IMG/VR virus record: IMGVR_UViG_3300047471_000616
Coordinates: 32,021-96,020 of that record
Strand: one strand, 5' to 3'
DNA from: a virus
Length of the DNA stretch: 64,000 nt
This document shows, in pieces, positions 37,684 to 46,199 of this stretch. Both the position numbers and the translations under genes were made by a program. How positions within the stretch are numbered: the first letter of the stretch is position 1; each line of letters begins with the position of its first letter. Below the pieces are notes generated by a model. It was not told the DNA's origin, searched no databases, and saw only the letters and a program-made list of their open reading frames with translations.

Positions 37684-38387
37684 TTCAGCCTCTTGTCTAT
37701 GTTCATATCACGCACCCGATTATAAACAGACGTGTGTGAGAAGCCTGTAGCATCAACAATCTGTTGTATCGTATTTCCTGAAGTACGTAACTTCCTAATT
37801 TCCTCAGTTCTGGCTTTGAGGGCCATTGAATCCCACCTTGTATTCTTTGGTGGTGAGACTGGCCTATAATCAAGCCCATTGGCTTCAATCTCAATTATCA
37901 ATTCCTTGATACGTGCCTCAGCATCTTCCATTGTGTTGCAACCACCTAGTGAAAGTTTCACACTTTTTAGATCACCAGCACCATGCCCTCGCGACATGTC
38001 GCGGGTAATGTAAAAGCGATTATCCCTCTTATCGTTGTAGATACCGAGGCCGTAACCGTACTTGCCAGTGCCGTAGCTCCGGTAGACCTTACGACCACGG
38101 CGCTTTGCGTGATTGGCCTCAACTGTTATTTCCTGAAGGTTTGATGGCCGATTATCCAATGGATTGTCATTGATATGATCGATATGGTAGCCCTCTTTTG
38201 GCCATCTGCCATAAGTTAGAAACCAGACTAGGTTGGCGTATGTCATTGAAACTGGGCCACCATCCCACATGATGTTAAAGCCCAGATAAGCATATACATC
38301 CTTTACCTTAGCAACCCCAGTAACTGGATCTAAGGTCACCTGGTCCCGCAGAAATGCTTCAAATTCAGGGTCGTGACGCTTTGGCAT
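37680..38387 (-). CDS. HNH endonuclease with C-terminal HTH
   Basis: IDHINDNPLDNRPSNLQ; G.TIQQI.DATG.S.TSVY; ATG 38387 after GGAGGG. Confidence 0.85.
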   Translation of the reverse strand: MPKRHDPEFEAFLRDQVTLDPVTGVAKVKDVYAYLGFNIMWDGGPVSMTYANLVWFLTYGRWPKEGYHIDHINDNPLDNRPSNLQEITVEANHAKRRGRKVYRSYGTGKYGYGLGIYNDKRDNRFYITRDMSRGHGAGDLKSVKLSLGGCNTMEDAEARIKELIIEIEANGLDYRPVSPPKNTRWDSMALKARTEEIRKLRTSGNTIQQIVDATGFSHTSVYNRVRDMNIDKRLK

Positions 38388-38440
38388 TGATAAACCCTCC
38401 ATGTTGAGGAGGGCACTATGCGCACATTCACGTTCCCTTG

Positions 38441-39436
38441 TCAACTCATATTTGGGCCGACTGGCCCGGGAAAAAACCCATCTTGCACGTTGGCCGGTGA
38501 AATGAAGATCGGGTTGATCCGCTTCACCACGTTGAGCGTTGGCGAATCACCATCGCGGGCAATCAGCCGTTGAGTATAGTCCACCCACCGCTGTTGCAGG
38601 GTCACGTAACTGCCAAACCCCTTGATTTCCCAGAACATCCACTTGATGCCCAGGATGATGGCTTGATCGTCCAGCAGCGGCACGTCAGTGTCGTTGGCAA
38701 AATTCTGGGCAAAAGTGGTGTTAGTACCGCCGACGTTGACGGCAGCGCTGCTCAGGTACTCAAAGACCAACTGCAGTGGCTCGACGATCTCAGCCGGTGG
38801 CGGCCAGATCCTGAACTCATTGGAGCTGATGCCGGGGGTGCCACCTTGCCCCAACTGGCGGAAGTGTCTTCTTGGCCCCGTAACCACAATGCCTGACCGG
38901 TGCCACTGGTCCATCTGCGGGCTGTCAGGGCCTAACAGTTCCCAGCGGTTGGTGCGGTCCCACATTGTTCGGTTCTGGAACCAGTCAAAACCCACCGGCA
39001 TGGGGTAAGTATCTTTCATGAACAACAGACTGGCACCAGTAACGGCACTGGTATTGGCGTTCTCCATGGTCATGGTCACCTGGGTGGAAGAATCTACGGT
39101 CAGCACCCTGGCAGCGGCCGGGATGCCGGGGCCTGAGACCATGAAGGTATAAGCGGAGATGCCAGTGGTGTTGGGACTGATATTAGTGATGACGGCGCTG
39201 TTCGCCGCCATGTTCCCGATCACCGTCGTAGGTACACTAACCAGCAAGTTATATTCGAACTGCAGCGTAGTCCAGTCATTCATGCGCCGCAGTTCGTCCA
39301 GCACCCGGTTGGCTAGTGCCCCCATCTGCGTGCCGGTATTGTCGGTGACCCCACCATTAGTGCCATAGACCGACGTTGAAACTGGCAGGCCCAGTTCCCT
39401 CTCGGCGTTTTGCACTATTTGCAGGATAGTCTGCAT
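38441..39436 (-). CDS. head-tail adaptor (tail tubular protein A-like)
   Basis: TILQIVQ...ELGL, W..LQ, LVFEY.S, DTD..LLDD..I.LG.KW.F...KGF. Confidence 0.75.
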   Translation of the reverse strand: MQTILQIVQNAERELGLPVSTSVYGTNGGVTDNTGTQMGALANRVLDELRRMNDWTTLQFEYNLLVSVPTTVIGNMAANSAVITNISPNTTGISAYTFMVSGPGIPAAARVLTVDSSTQVTMTMENANTSAVTGASLLFMKDTYPMPVGFDWFQNRTMWDRTNRWELLGPDSPQMDQWHRSGIVVTGPRRHFRQLGQGGTPGISSNEFRIWPPPAEIVEPLQLVFEYLSSAAVNVGGTNTTFAQNFANDTDVPLLDDQAIILGIKWMFWEIKGFGSYVTLQQRWVDYTQRLIARDGDSPTLNVVKRINPIFISPANVQDGFFPGPVGPNMS

Positions 39437-39442
39437 CTAGGT

Positions 39443-40195
39443 TTACCTTGCAATACGGGGCCGCTGCCGACGCGGCTTCTCAGCTGGCCTGAGTGACTCG
39501 CCAGTGGCATTGATCATCGCAGTCTGCGAGTCAAAGCTGGGCAGCTGCTGTGGGCGTTGCATCGCCCCGGCAATCAGGTTCTGCAGCTGCTGCAGGTTTG
39601 GTGCGGCCAGGGCGTTGTTCTTGGCCTGCTCAACCACAGCCTTGAGTTCTTCAACGGTACGGGTGAGCGTAGCAATCTCACGGTCCCGCTTCTCAAGTTC
39701 GTGACGCATCTGGCTGGCGTTTCTGCCTTTGGCAGCCATTTCCAGCCACTTCTTGGCTTCGTTTACGTACTTCTGCGCACCCATACCAATGGAGTCGATA
39801 GCAATGCCCGACAGGTCGGCGCATTGCTCAATAGTCGCAACGTTGTTGGCCCGCAGCATTGCCGCGATAGACGGGTAGTCCGGGTATAGCAACTCAATAG
39901 GCGCACCGTCCGGCTGCTGCTGCTTGTTCTGCTGGAACTGCTGCCACTGGGTTGGGAACCGGCGGATGTCATTTTCATTGGCCCGACGCTCAACAATATT
40001 CAGCCGTTCGCCAGGCGGGTGAATCCTGACAAATACCTGATCTTCAAAGTAGGGATGCCCAGTCTCAACTGATTTGGCCGGGATGTGCACCGGCTTGTTG
40101 TAGAAAATGCACACCAAATTGCGGTCGGTACCGTATTCAACAGTACCAATATCACCGCGCCAGTTGATGCCGGTGGCGGGAGAAAAGTCACTCAT
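39443..40195 (-). CDS. conserved head-region protein with coiled coil
   Basis: FVRI.PPG, RFP.QW..F, G.PIE, TIEQ.ADL; SD GAGGAG. Confidence 0.7.
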   Translation of the reverse strand: MSDFSPATGINWRGDIGTVEYGTDRNLVCIFYNKPVHIPAKSVETGHPYFEDQVFVRIHPPGERLNIVERRANENDIRRFPTQWQQFQQNKQQQPDGAPIELLYPDYPSIAAMLRANNVATIEQCADLSGIAIDSIGMGAQKYVNEAKKWLEMAAKGRNASQMRHELEKRDREIATLTRTVEELKAVVEQAKNNALAAPNLQQLQNLIAGAMQRPQQLPSFDSQTAMINATGESLRPAEKPRRQRPRIAR

Positions 40196-40206
40196 TGCAC
40201 ACTCCT

Positions 40207-41316
40207 CTAGTTTAGGTCATGCAAGATCTGCTGGGCACGGTGCTTCCACAAGTGCTTATCAGCAATGATCTTGCGGCTTTCGGTTATGGCCTTGTTGCGG
40301 GCTGCATCGTCCTGCAGCCAGTACTTGGCCCGTTCTACGAAGTTGTCAGGTGTGTATTCGCCAAAGTGCACATCAGGTTCGAAGCTGGTGGTGAGCCTGC
40401 CCGCTGCCTGCGGGGCAGCACAAGAATGTGCCATGACGAAGCCACCAACTGCCATTGCTTCCAGTACCCGGCTATGCAAACCAAACCCATTCCAATTATT
40501 GTGCAGGTTGATTTTTGAATTGCGGTAAACTTGGTACAGTATCCTCTCATCCTTGATCGGCGCATAGGTGCAATTGCCAAACTGGTAGTATTTCTTCCAA
40601 TTAACACCATAAAATCCACACTTTGGTGACGCCAGGTAAGCCAATTGCGCCAATCGCAACCGATCAATATAACGTGGAAACTCAATAGCCATCCAGTTAC
40701 AAGACTTCCTCAACGTCTCATGTTCACTTTCACTGATCTTTTCGGTTGAGATTATCTTATCAACAAATTTCTGCAGATGTTCAGCCATCAGGAAGGCGTT
40801 GGAGCTACCGGTCAGAGGCCGGTACAGAAGTTCAGCCTCCTTGAAGCAGCGCCTTTCCAGCGGGTGCATATCCATCTTGCTGAAAGGCAACGTAATGTAC
40901 CCACAAATGGAAAAATCAAGTTCCCAAGAACCGTTTGCCTCATTCAGCAGTTCAGGACCAACCCCAGTCAACAGTGAGCCACGAAAATTAGGCCCTGCAT
41001 TGTTCATGCCGATCCAGGTTTCGCTGCCCAAGGTGTAGATTATGTCATTGCCCCTGGATTGCCCGGCGTAGTCCGGTGCTTCTAAAGGGCGGTAGTCCTG
41101 AACCCAGGCAATGTAAACACAATGGAAAGGCAATGCTTCTGGCCGTGGCCGGTTGACCCCCAGGACTATGTCGTAGCAACCAGCATCCCTAATGTTGTAG
41201 CTGTCAGTTGGCATGAGAACGTAAGAATGCCCGGCAGCTTCCAGGGCGCGGCCCAGTTCATGGGCTATCCTGAAGTCAAACGCCCTCTCGTATTCAGGAA
41301 TGAACAGAAATTTCAT
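40207..41316 (-). CDS. GT-B glycosyltransferase (CgeB/Glyco_trans_1_2-like)
   Basis: YRNSKINLH, SRVLEAMAVGGF, FEPD.H, KHLWKHRAQQIL. Confidence 0.8.
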   Translation of the reverse strand: MKFLFIPEYERAFDFRIAHELGRALEAAGHSYVLMPTDSYNIRDAGCYDIVLGVNRPRPEALPFHCVYIAWVQDYRPLEAPDYAGQSRGNDIIYTLGSETWIGMNNAGPNFRGSLLTGVGPELLNEANGSWELDFSICGYITLPFSKMDMHPLERRCFKEAELLYRPLTGSSNAFLMAEHLQKFVDKIISTEKISESEHETLRKSCNWMAIEFPRYIDRLRLAQLAYLASPKCGFYGVNWKKYYQFGNCTYAPIKDERILYQVYRNSKINLHNNWNGFGLHSRVLEAMAVGGFVMAHSCAAPQAAGRLTTSFEPDVHFGEYTPDNFVERAKYWLQDDAARNKAITESRKIIADKHLWKHRAQQILHDLN

Positions 41317-42055
41317 TGGTACCAGGATGCGCTAACCAGGGCATGATCAACGGCTGACGGCCCTTCCTGTACAACTCCAGCTTCTCACCCTTTTGCAGAT
41401 AGGGGTTTTCATTCATCAACCGCACTCGTATTTCAAGCCTATCCCCTTGTAAAACTAGGGGGAAGTTTAGACTGTCGTGAAACATGAAGTGTTGCGAATC
41501 CGGGGCTGGCCTGGTGCATTCAAAGGCGAACTGAGTTGCCAGGTGATTGGGTGCCCACTTGAAGCCGTGGGACTCAAGTTGTGCCCGGTACATGCGGCAG
41601 ATCAGGTGGTCCTCTTCCTTCAGGAAGAGCGGGAAGGTACCCCTGCGCTTTTCCAGGAACTGCATCAGCCGGGTTGAGCGTAGCCCACAGCCGTTGCCCA
41701 CGTTCCAGTTGTCTTCATACCACCATGGGGCACCAACGTAGTCATACTTCAGGAATTCATTGGTCCAGCACAGCGTGTTGATGATCCACGAATCCCATTG
41801 AATGAAGATGGCAAAATCAGTGGTCAGGTACTTTGGCACCCGGTACCAGAAAAACTTGTTGTAGTCTTCGTGCTCCAGCCACGGAGCAACTTCTACCCAC
41901 CGTGCCCCGCCTACCTTCAGATCAGTGTCTGAGAAAATGATGACGTCGCCAAACTCAATGCCACGAAGTGAGTCCTCAACGGCGAGCTTGGCTAGTTCTG
42001 GGCATGTAGTATCCATCATTACTAAAGAAACGCTAGGCAACTCAAGCTTTTTCAT
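41294..42055 (-). CDS. DUF5672-like protein (putative GT-A-fold glycosyltransferase)
   Basis: IQWDSWIIN...W..EFL.YDYVGAPW, VGNG.GLRS, EDHLIC, FAFE. Confidence 0.72.
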   Translation of the reverse strand: MKKLELPSVSLVMMDTTCPELAKLAVEDSLRGIEFGDVIIFSDTDLKVGGARWVEVAPWLEHEDYNKFFWYRVPKYLTTDFAIFIQWDSWIINTLCWTNEFLKYDYVGAPWWYEDNWNVGNGCGLRSTRLMQFLEKRRGTFPLFLKEEDHLICRMYRAQLESHGFKWAPNHLATQFAFECTRPAPDSQHFMFHDSLNFPLVLQGDRLEIRVRLMNENPYLQKGEKLELYRKGRQPLIMPWLAHPGTNEISVHS

Positions 42056-43455
42056 GCTGCTTTCTGCTGCTTCCACGACCTGGCAAGAAGCTGCATCTCC
42101 CTGGCCACACGCTCCATAACTTCGTCCCAGTCACCCATTTGCTTCTGGCCGAAGATGCGCATGGTTGGGTACCAGGCCGTGTCTTCACGATTGTCCAGCC
42201 AACGCCAACAATTGTCAAACCGGCTGAGCATCCACACCGGTTTGCCAAGTGCCCCAGCAAGGTGCGCGACTGACGTGTCCACGGTGATCACAAGATCCAG
42301 GTTTTCAATCATCGCAGCAGTATCAAAGAAGTCATAGAAGTCGGCCGTGAAGTCGCCAATGGCCATGTTCTTTGGGGGCTTTCGGCACTGTGGGCCAGGA
42401 AGCCCCATTTGTAGTGAGATCCAGGCAAGGTCCGGCACTGCATCAGCTACGGGGGCAAATGAATTAAGGGTCAGTGACCGCCTGCGGTCAATAGAACTGG
42501 CCAACGGGTTGTTGTCCCTATTCATGCCTGCCCAGCAGATACCCACCAGCATGCCAGGCGGCATGGCTTTGAGTTGTTCCCGGAAAATACCAACGCGGTG
42601 CTTGTCCGCGTAGACGTAGGGGCACTTCGCCGGAATTTCATCGTAAACAGACCACAAGATACGTGGCAGGGACATGAGTGGGGCAACGGCAACAATACCA
42701 TCAGGCAGCATCTCACCAAAGGAAACTACACGATCCACCCCCTCCAAAGTTTCAGCAAGACGCAACACCGGGTGACGTACTTCCAGGAAGAGTTTGCCGT
42801 GCCAAATTTCCCTGACTATGGTGACGTAGCGCATGAACTGCAGGATATCTCCCATACCCTGCTCGCCGTAAAGCAATAAAATATCATCCTTGGATTTAGT
42901 ATCCTCGCCCTGCCATTCAGGGTAGGGCAGGTTGCGCGCCGGGGATTGAGAACTTTTCCAGCGCCATTCGTACTCTTTCCAGCCCTCTTCAAACCGGCCC
43001 AGTTGCAACAAGCAGAAGCTATAACCCAGGTGGCCGTCAACGTAGTCTGGCCCTACTTCGGTGGCCGTTTTGTATTCTTTGAGTGATTCCTCAATCTTGC
43101 CCAGCCGCCTGTAGCAAGCACCCCGGTTACTGAATATTTCCGGTATTCTTCCGCCCTTGAGCATGGCCGTGGATAGATCTTCCAGCGCCCGCTCAAACAT
43201 GTCCAGGTCCATGTAGGCGGCAGCCCGATTGTTGTAGAACTCAAATGCTTCGGGGTCTACGGCAATAGCCCGGTCATAATTGACAATGGCGTCGAACGGC
43301 TGGCCAAGTTGACCGATCATGGAAGCCCGGTTGTTCCAGGCCGGGGTAAAATCGGGCTTCACCAGCAGAATCTTGTTCAGGTACTCAATCGCCGTAAACA
43401 GATCACCTTTGGCCTGGAACCGTAGGGACTCAACGAACATATCTTGCCACAGCAT
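42052..43455 (-). CDS. TPR repeats + GT9-like glycosyltransferase
   Basis: Five to six TPRs, EGW.EYEWRW, EQGMGDILQF.RY, DTAA.IENLDLVITVDTSVAHLAGALGKPVW. Confidence 0.88.
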   Translation of the reverse strand: MLWQDMFVESLRFQAKGDLFTAIEYLNKILLVKPDFTPAWNNRASMIGQLGQPFDAIVNYDRAIAVDPEAFEFYNNRAAAYMDLDMFERALEDLSTAMLKGGRIPEIFSNRGACYRRLGKIEESLKEYKTATEVGPDYVDGHLGYSFCLLQLGRFEEGWKEYEWRWKSSQSPARNLPYPEWQGEDTKSKDDILLLYGEQGMGDILQFMRYVTIVREIWHGKLFLEVRHPVLRLAETLEGVDRVVSFGEMLPDGIVAVAPLMSLPRILWSVYDEIPAKCPYVYADKHRVGIFREQLKAMPPGMLVGICWAGMNRDNNPLASSIDRRRSLTLNSFAPVADAVPDLAWISLQMGLPGPQCRKPPKNMAIGDFTADFYDFFDTAAMIENLDLVITVDTSVAHLAGALGKPVWMLSRFDNCWRWLDNREDTAWYPTMRIFGQKQMGDWDEVMERVAREMQLLARSWKQQKAA

Positions 43456-43585
43456 TACAGGCTCCCTCTGTTGGTGGCCACACTTTGTCGCTAGCATAAG
43501 TAAAAGCTAGAGCCAGGACTGCGGCTATGAATAGAGCCGCAGCAGGTTCCAGGATCAGTCTTTTCAGGGTTTTAACTCTGGTCAT
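43430..43585 (-). CDS. small membrane protein
   Basis: One TM helix; ATGA coupling. Confidence 0.5.
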   Translation of the reverse strand: MTRVKTLKRLILEPAAALFIAAVLALAFTYASDKVWPPTEGACNAVARYVR

Positions 43586-43809
43586 CGCAGCGAGTGCATA
43601 CTCATGCCGCCGATTGAACCGCCCGCCAGAATGGTCAGGATGGCGATGACGACGAGGATAAGCACAACCAGCCATATGGCCTGCACGACACGTTCGGGAA
43701 TGGCTATCCCAAGAATTTGCTGAACGACGTAGAGAACAAACCAGATGATGGCGCACAAGACCACGAGGCCAAGCAGCATCCACAGCAGGCTTATTGCCAT
43801 TGCTATCAT
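43582..43809 (-). CDS. small two-TM membrane protein
   Basis: SD AAGGAGG; two hydrophobic helices joined by IP.RV. Confidence 0.7.
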   Translation of the reverse strand: MIAMAISLLWMLLGLVVLCAIIWFVLYVVQQILGIAIPERVVQAIWLVVLILVVIAILTILAGGSIGGMSMHSLR

Positions 43810-43827
43810 AGCGTTTCCTCCTTGGGG

Positions 43828-43856
43828 AAAAAGCCCCCAGCCATTGGCGGCTGGGG
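43828..43856 (-). terminator. intrinsic terminator after head genes
   Basis: CCCCAGCC-GCCAAT-GGCTGGGG followed by GCTTTTT on the - strand. Confidence 0.75.
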
Positions 43857-43870
43857 TAGGTTGGGAGAAG

Positions 43871-44449
43871 TTACCCAGAAGAACCAACTACCGGGTAGTT
43901 GAGTACAGCGGTATTTGGCCCGGCTGTCGAGCCGGTTGCCTGACTGACCACGATGCCCAGAAGGCTGTACGTGGTGCCAGAACCACCACCGGTCGAGCTG
44001 ACACGCCCGCCAATCGTGGCGGACGAGAACAGCTGCGCTTCCTTGGTGGTGGAAGCAGCGCAGTTCAGCCCAGGAGCGTTACCAGCACGCTGGACCCAGA
44101 AGAAGCTGCCCGTTTGCGTGCCCGAAGGCGCACCGACGAACATCGTCCCCAAACTGCCACCGACCACACCAAGCAGCTGCCCGGTGGGGGCGGTGCCGAC
44201 GGTAGCGCCACCAATGAGTGCTACCGACCAGGAACCTGGCACGTCAGAGATGATGACTACGCTGCCAAGACCAATGGTGATGCTGGCAGTGCAGTACACC
44301 CAATCGGAACCATCAGTCCCAAAGCACCTGGTCCCTTTACCAAACGGTGGTGCCGGGTATTCAGGGAAGCTTTTCGTGTCGAGATAGAAGACGTTGTTTA
44401 TGTCAACACCTTCCATGTTGAGAGTAGAATAGATTGCAGCAGCGGCCAT
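43871..44449 (-). CDS. capsid decoration/cement-like protein
   Basis: GT...GTDG..WVY, FFWVQ..G; downstream of the MCP; SD AAGGAGG. Confidence 0.65.
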   Translation of the reverse strand: MAAAAIYSTLNMEGVDINNVFYLDTKSFPEYPAPPFGKGTRCFGTDGSDWVYCTASITIGLGSVVIISDVPGSWSVALIGGATVGTAPTGQLLGVVGGSLGTMFVGAPSGTQTGSFFWVQRAGNAPGLNCAASTTKEAQLFSSATIGGRVSSTGGGSGTTYSLLGIVVSQATGSTAGPNTAVLNYPVVGSSG

Positions 44450-44464
44450 GATAGGCCTCCTTAC

Positions 44465-44555
44465 TTAGGGGTTGAAGCTTTTACGCTAACGGGGAAGATT
44501 GGTTTCTTCACCCCTAACATGCTTATGGTGCAGGGGAATTGGTTTCCCCCTGCAC
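44465..44555 (-). promoter_or_regulatory. tandem hairpins with ACCAA loops and an alternative pairing next to the RBS
   Basis: GTGCAGGGGGAA-ACCAA-TTCCCCTGCAC and GGGGTGAAGA-AACCAA-TCTTCCCC; TTAGGGGTGAAG is also complementary to CTTCAACCCCTAA. Confidence 0.55.
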
Positions 44556-44562
44556 TTGAGCA

Positions 44563-44964
44563 TTACGCGAGCAGGCCGCACCACAGGGTAGTGGTAGGGC
44601 CGGTCCAGATGATTGCAGTCTTCAGTGTCGTGATTGAGAACGGGTTGGCACCCGCATACGCCGCGCCACCGATGTTGATAGTGACACCGGCAGGCGCATA
44701 GACAGTAAGTACCGGACCCGTGGCATTGTGGATGATGAAATCGTCCACAAGACCTGGCGGGTTGGCACTTGATGGCGAAGGCAGGATGTAAGCGCCGGTT
44801 CCTGAAGTTGCGGCAACAAAGCCCTGTTGGCCATAGACTTGCGCAGCAGTTGCAGGGCTATTCCCGGTTGGGACGAGAGTGACAGGCCCAACTCCAGCTT
44901 CGGCCAATTGCGCGGCCAGTCTTGGGGGCACCCCAAGACCCATGAGATCTACAGCAGTTGTCAT
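44563..44964 (-). CDS. putative minor head protein
   Basis: DLMGLG.P, ATAAQ, LP, IHN....L.VY; follows the MCP. Confidence 0.65.
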   Translation of the reverse strand: MTTAVDLMGLGVPPRLAAQLAEAGVGPVTLVPTGNSPATAAQVYGQQGFVAATSGTGAYILPSPSSANPPGLVDDFIIHNATGPVLTVYAPAGVTINIGGAAYAGANPFSITTLKTAIIWTGPTTTLWCGLLA

Positions 44965-44981
44965 GACTGTTCTCCTTCTGG

Positions 44982-46013
44982 TTATGCGACCAGCACGCCC
45001 TGAAGGAAAGCGTTGCTCAGCGTCATGTTGCCCGCCCAGCCAATCAGCCGGATCATGGCATCCTGGTTGACCGAGAAACGATCCGGGTCAAGCGGTACCA
45101 TGTTCCTGCGTGAGTGGGGCCGCCAGTGAAGGTACTTCGTGTTGAGGAAGTACATTGTCGTGGACGGCGCACCACCAACCGCAGAGCTAGACGAGCTAAC
45201 CTGCGGCGGCAGCGGGTCGGAGCTGAAGCCCTGGAAGCCACCATCCAGCACAACGTCGCTGTTCAGGTATTTCAGCGAGTTGAAGCCGTACTCGGCCATA
45301 TCCGGCGCGGCGTTCTCAGTTTGCACGCGCTGGATGGCCTGCAGTGACTGCAGGTAGTAACGATAGGTGACGTTGTCGGCGATGATCAGGTCCGGGTAAT
45401 CACGCCCGCGAACCAGCAGCGTCCACAACGAGTCCATCTGGCTGAGGATGGTAGCGGCAGTAAGCGTCGTGCTGCCGTTGGTGACAGCCGACCATGCCTG
45501 GTTCTGCCAGAAGGTCCACTGCGAACGGTCAATGCCGCCCACCGTACCGGTTGTCGGCGAAGAAGCCACCAGAAGCTGGAGGCCGCCCACCGAGTTGCTC
45601 ACCGTGCCGTCACCGTAGATACCCTGGCTGAGGCCGTTCATGAACGTATCTTCGGCGTTCATAATGCGGGACTCGAGCAGGTCGATGATGGCTTCCTCGC
45701 CGGAGTTTTGCAGTTCCTCCAACCCGCTGATGCTGACCGCAACTGCGGCCTGGCGGATCGGGTATTCAGCCGCCGTGAACACCTGCGACGGGGCAATATT
45801 CAGGGTTTGATAGCCCGAATACCACTGGAACGTCTGGTTGTCGGCGTAGTTGAGCTCTTGCACGATAGTACGGCCACCTGAGAAGGTTTTCAGGTTACCG
45901 CGCCGCGTAAGCCGCAGAAGTGCGGCGTTGTTGCGGCTCATGTTGTCGGCAAGTTCGCCAGTACGATTACGAAGCGTCGTAGTGACAACTTCCGACAGGT
46001 TCGGGAAAGCCAT
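44982..46013 (-). CDS. major capsid protein
   Basis: TTTLRNR...LADN...NNA.L, SGG..I..EL.Y, YSGY..L, SISGLEE..NSG, YFLNT.Y, NQDA; highly biased codons. Confidence 0.92.
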   Translation of the reverse strand: MAFPNLSEVVTTTLRNRTGELADNMSRNNAALLRLTRRGNLKTFSGGRTIVQELNYADNQTFQWYSGYQTLNIAPSQVFTAAEYPIRQAAVAVSISGLEELQNSGEEAIIDLLESRIMNAEDTFMNGLSQGIYGDGTVSNSVGGLQLLVASSPTTGTVGGIDRSQWTFWQNQAWSAVTNGSTTLTAATILSQMDSLWTLLVRGRDYPDLIIADNVTYRYYLQSLQAIQRVQTENAAPDMAEYGFNSLKYLNSDVVLDGGFQGFSSDPLPPQVSSSSSAVGGAPSTTMYFLNTKYLHWRPHSRRNMVPLDPDRFSVNQDAMIRLIGWAGNMTLSNAFLQGVLVA

Positions 46014-46199
46014 GACATGGCTCCTTTCTTCCCATAACCGGTTGAAGTTTGCAGCACCACTTCGCTGCGGGGTTCGCTTGGATTGTGGCCCAGGCTACTA
46101 ACGTCAGCCTACGTGCAGAATGCTACGGCTGGCAGCGGCGTTTACGCTTGTGGGCGCCCCGTGATCGCCGCGACGGGTTTTACCCTTGGTAGGGTGAAA

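Noticed and set aside
46014-46199. Possible tRNA in the MCP leader (GGTTCG present)
   Set aside because: No cloverleaf with acceptor stem and anticodon arm could be built.
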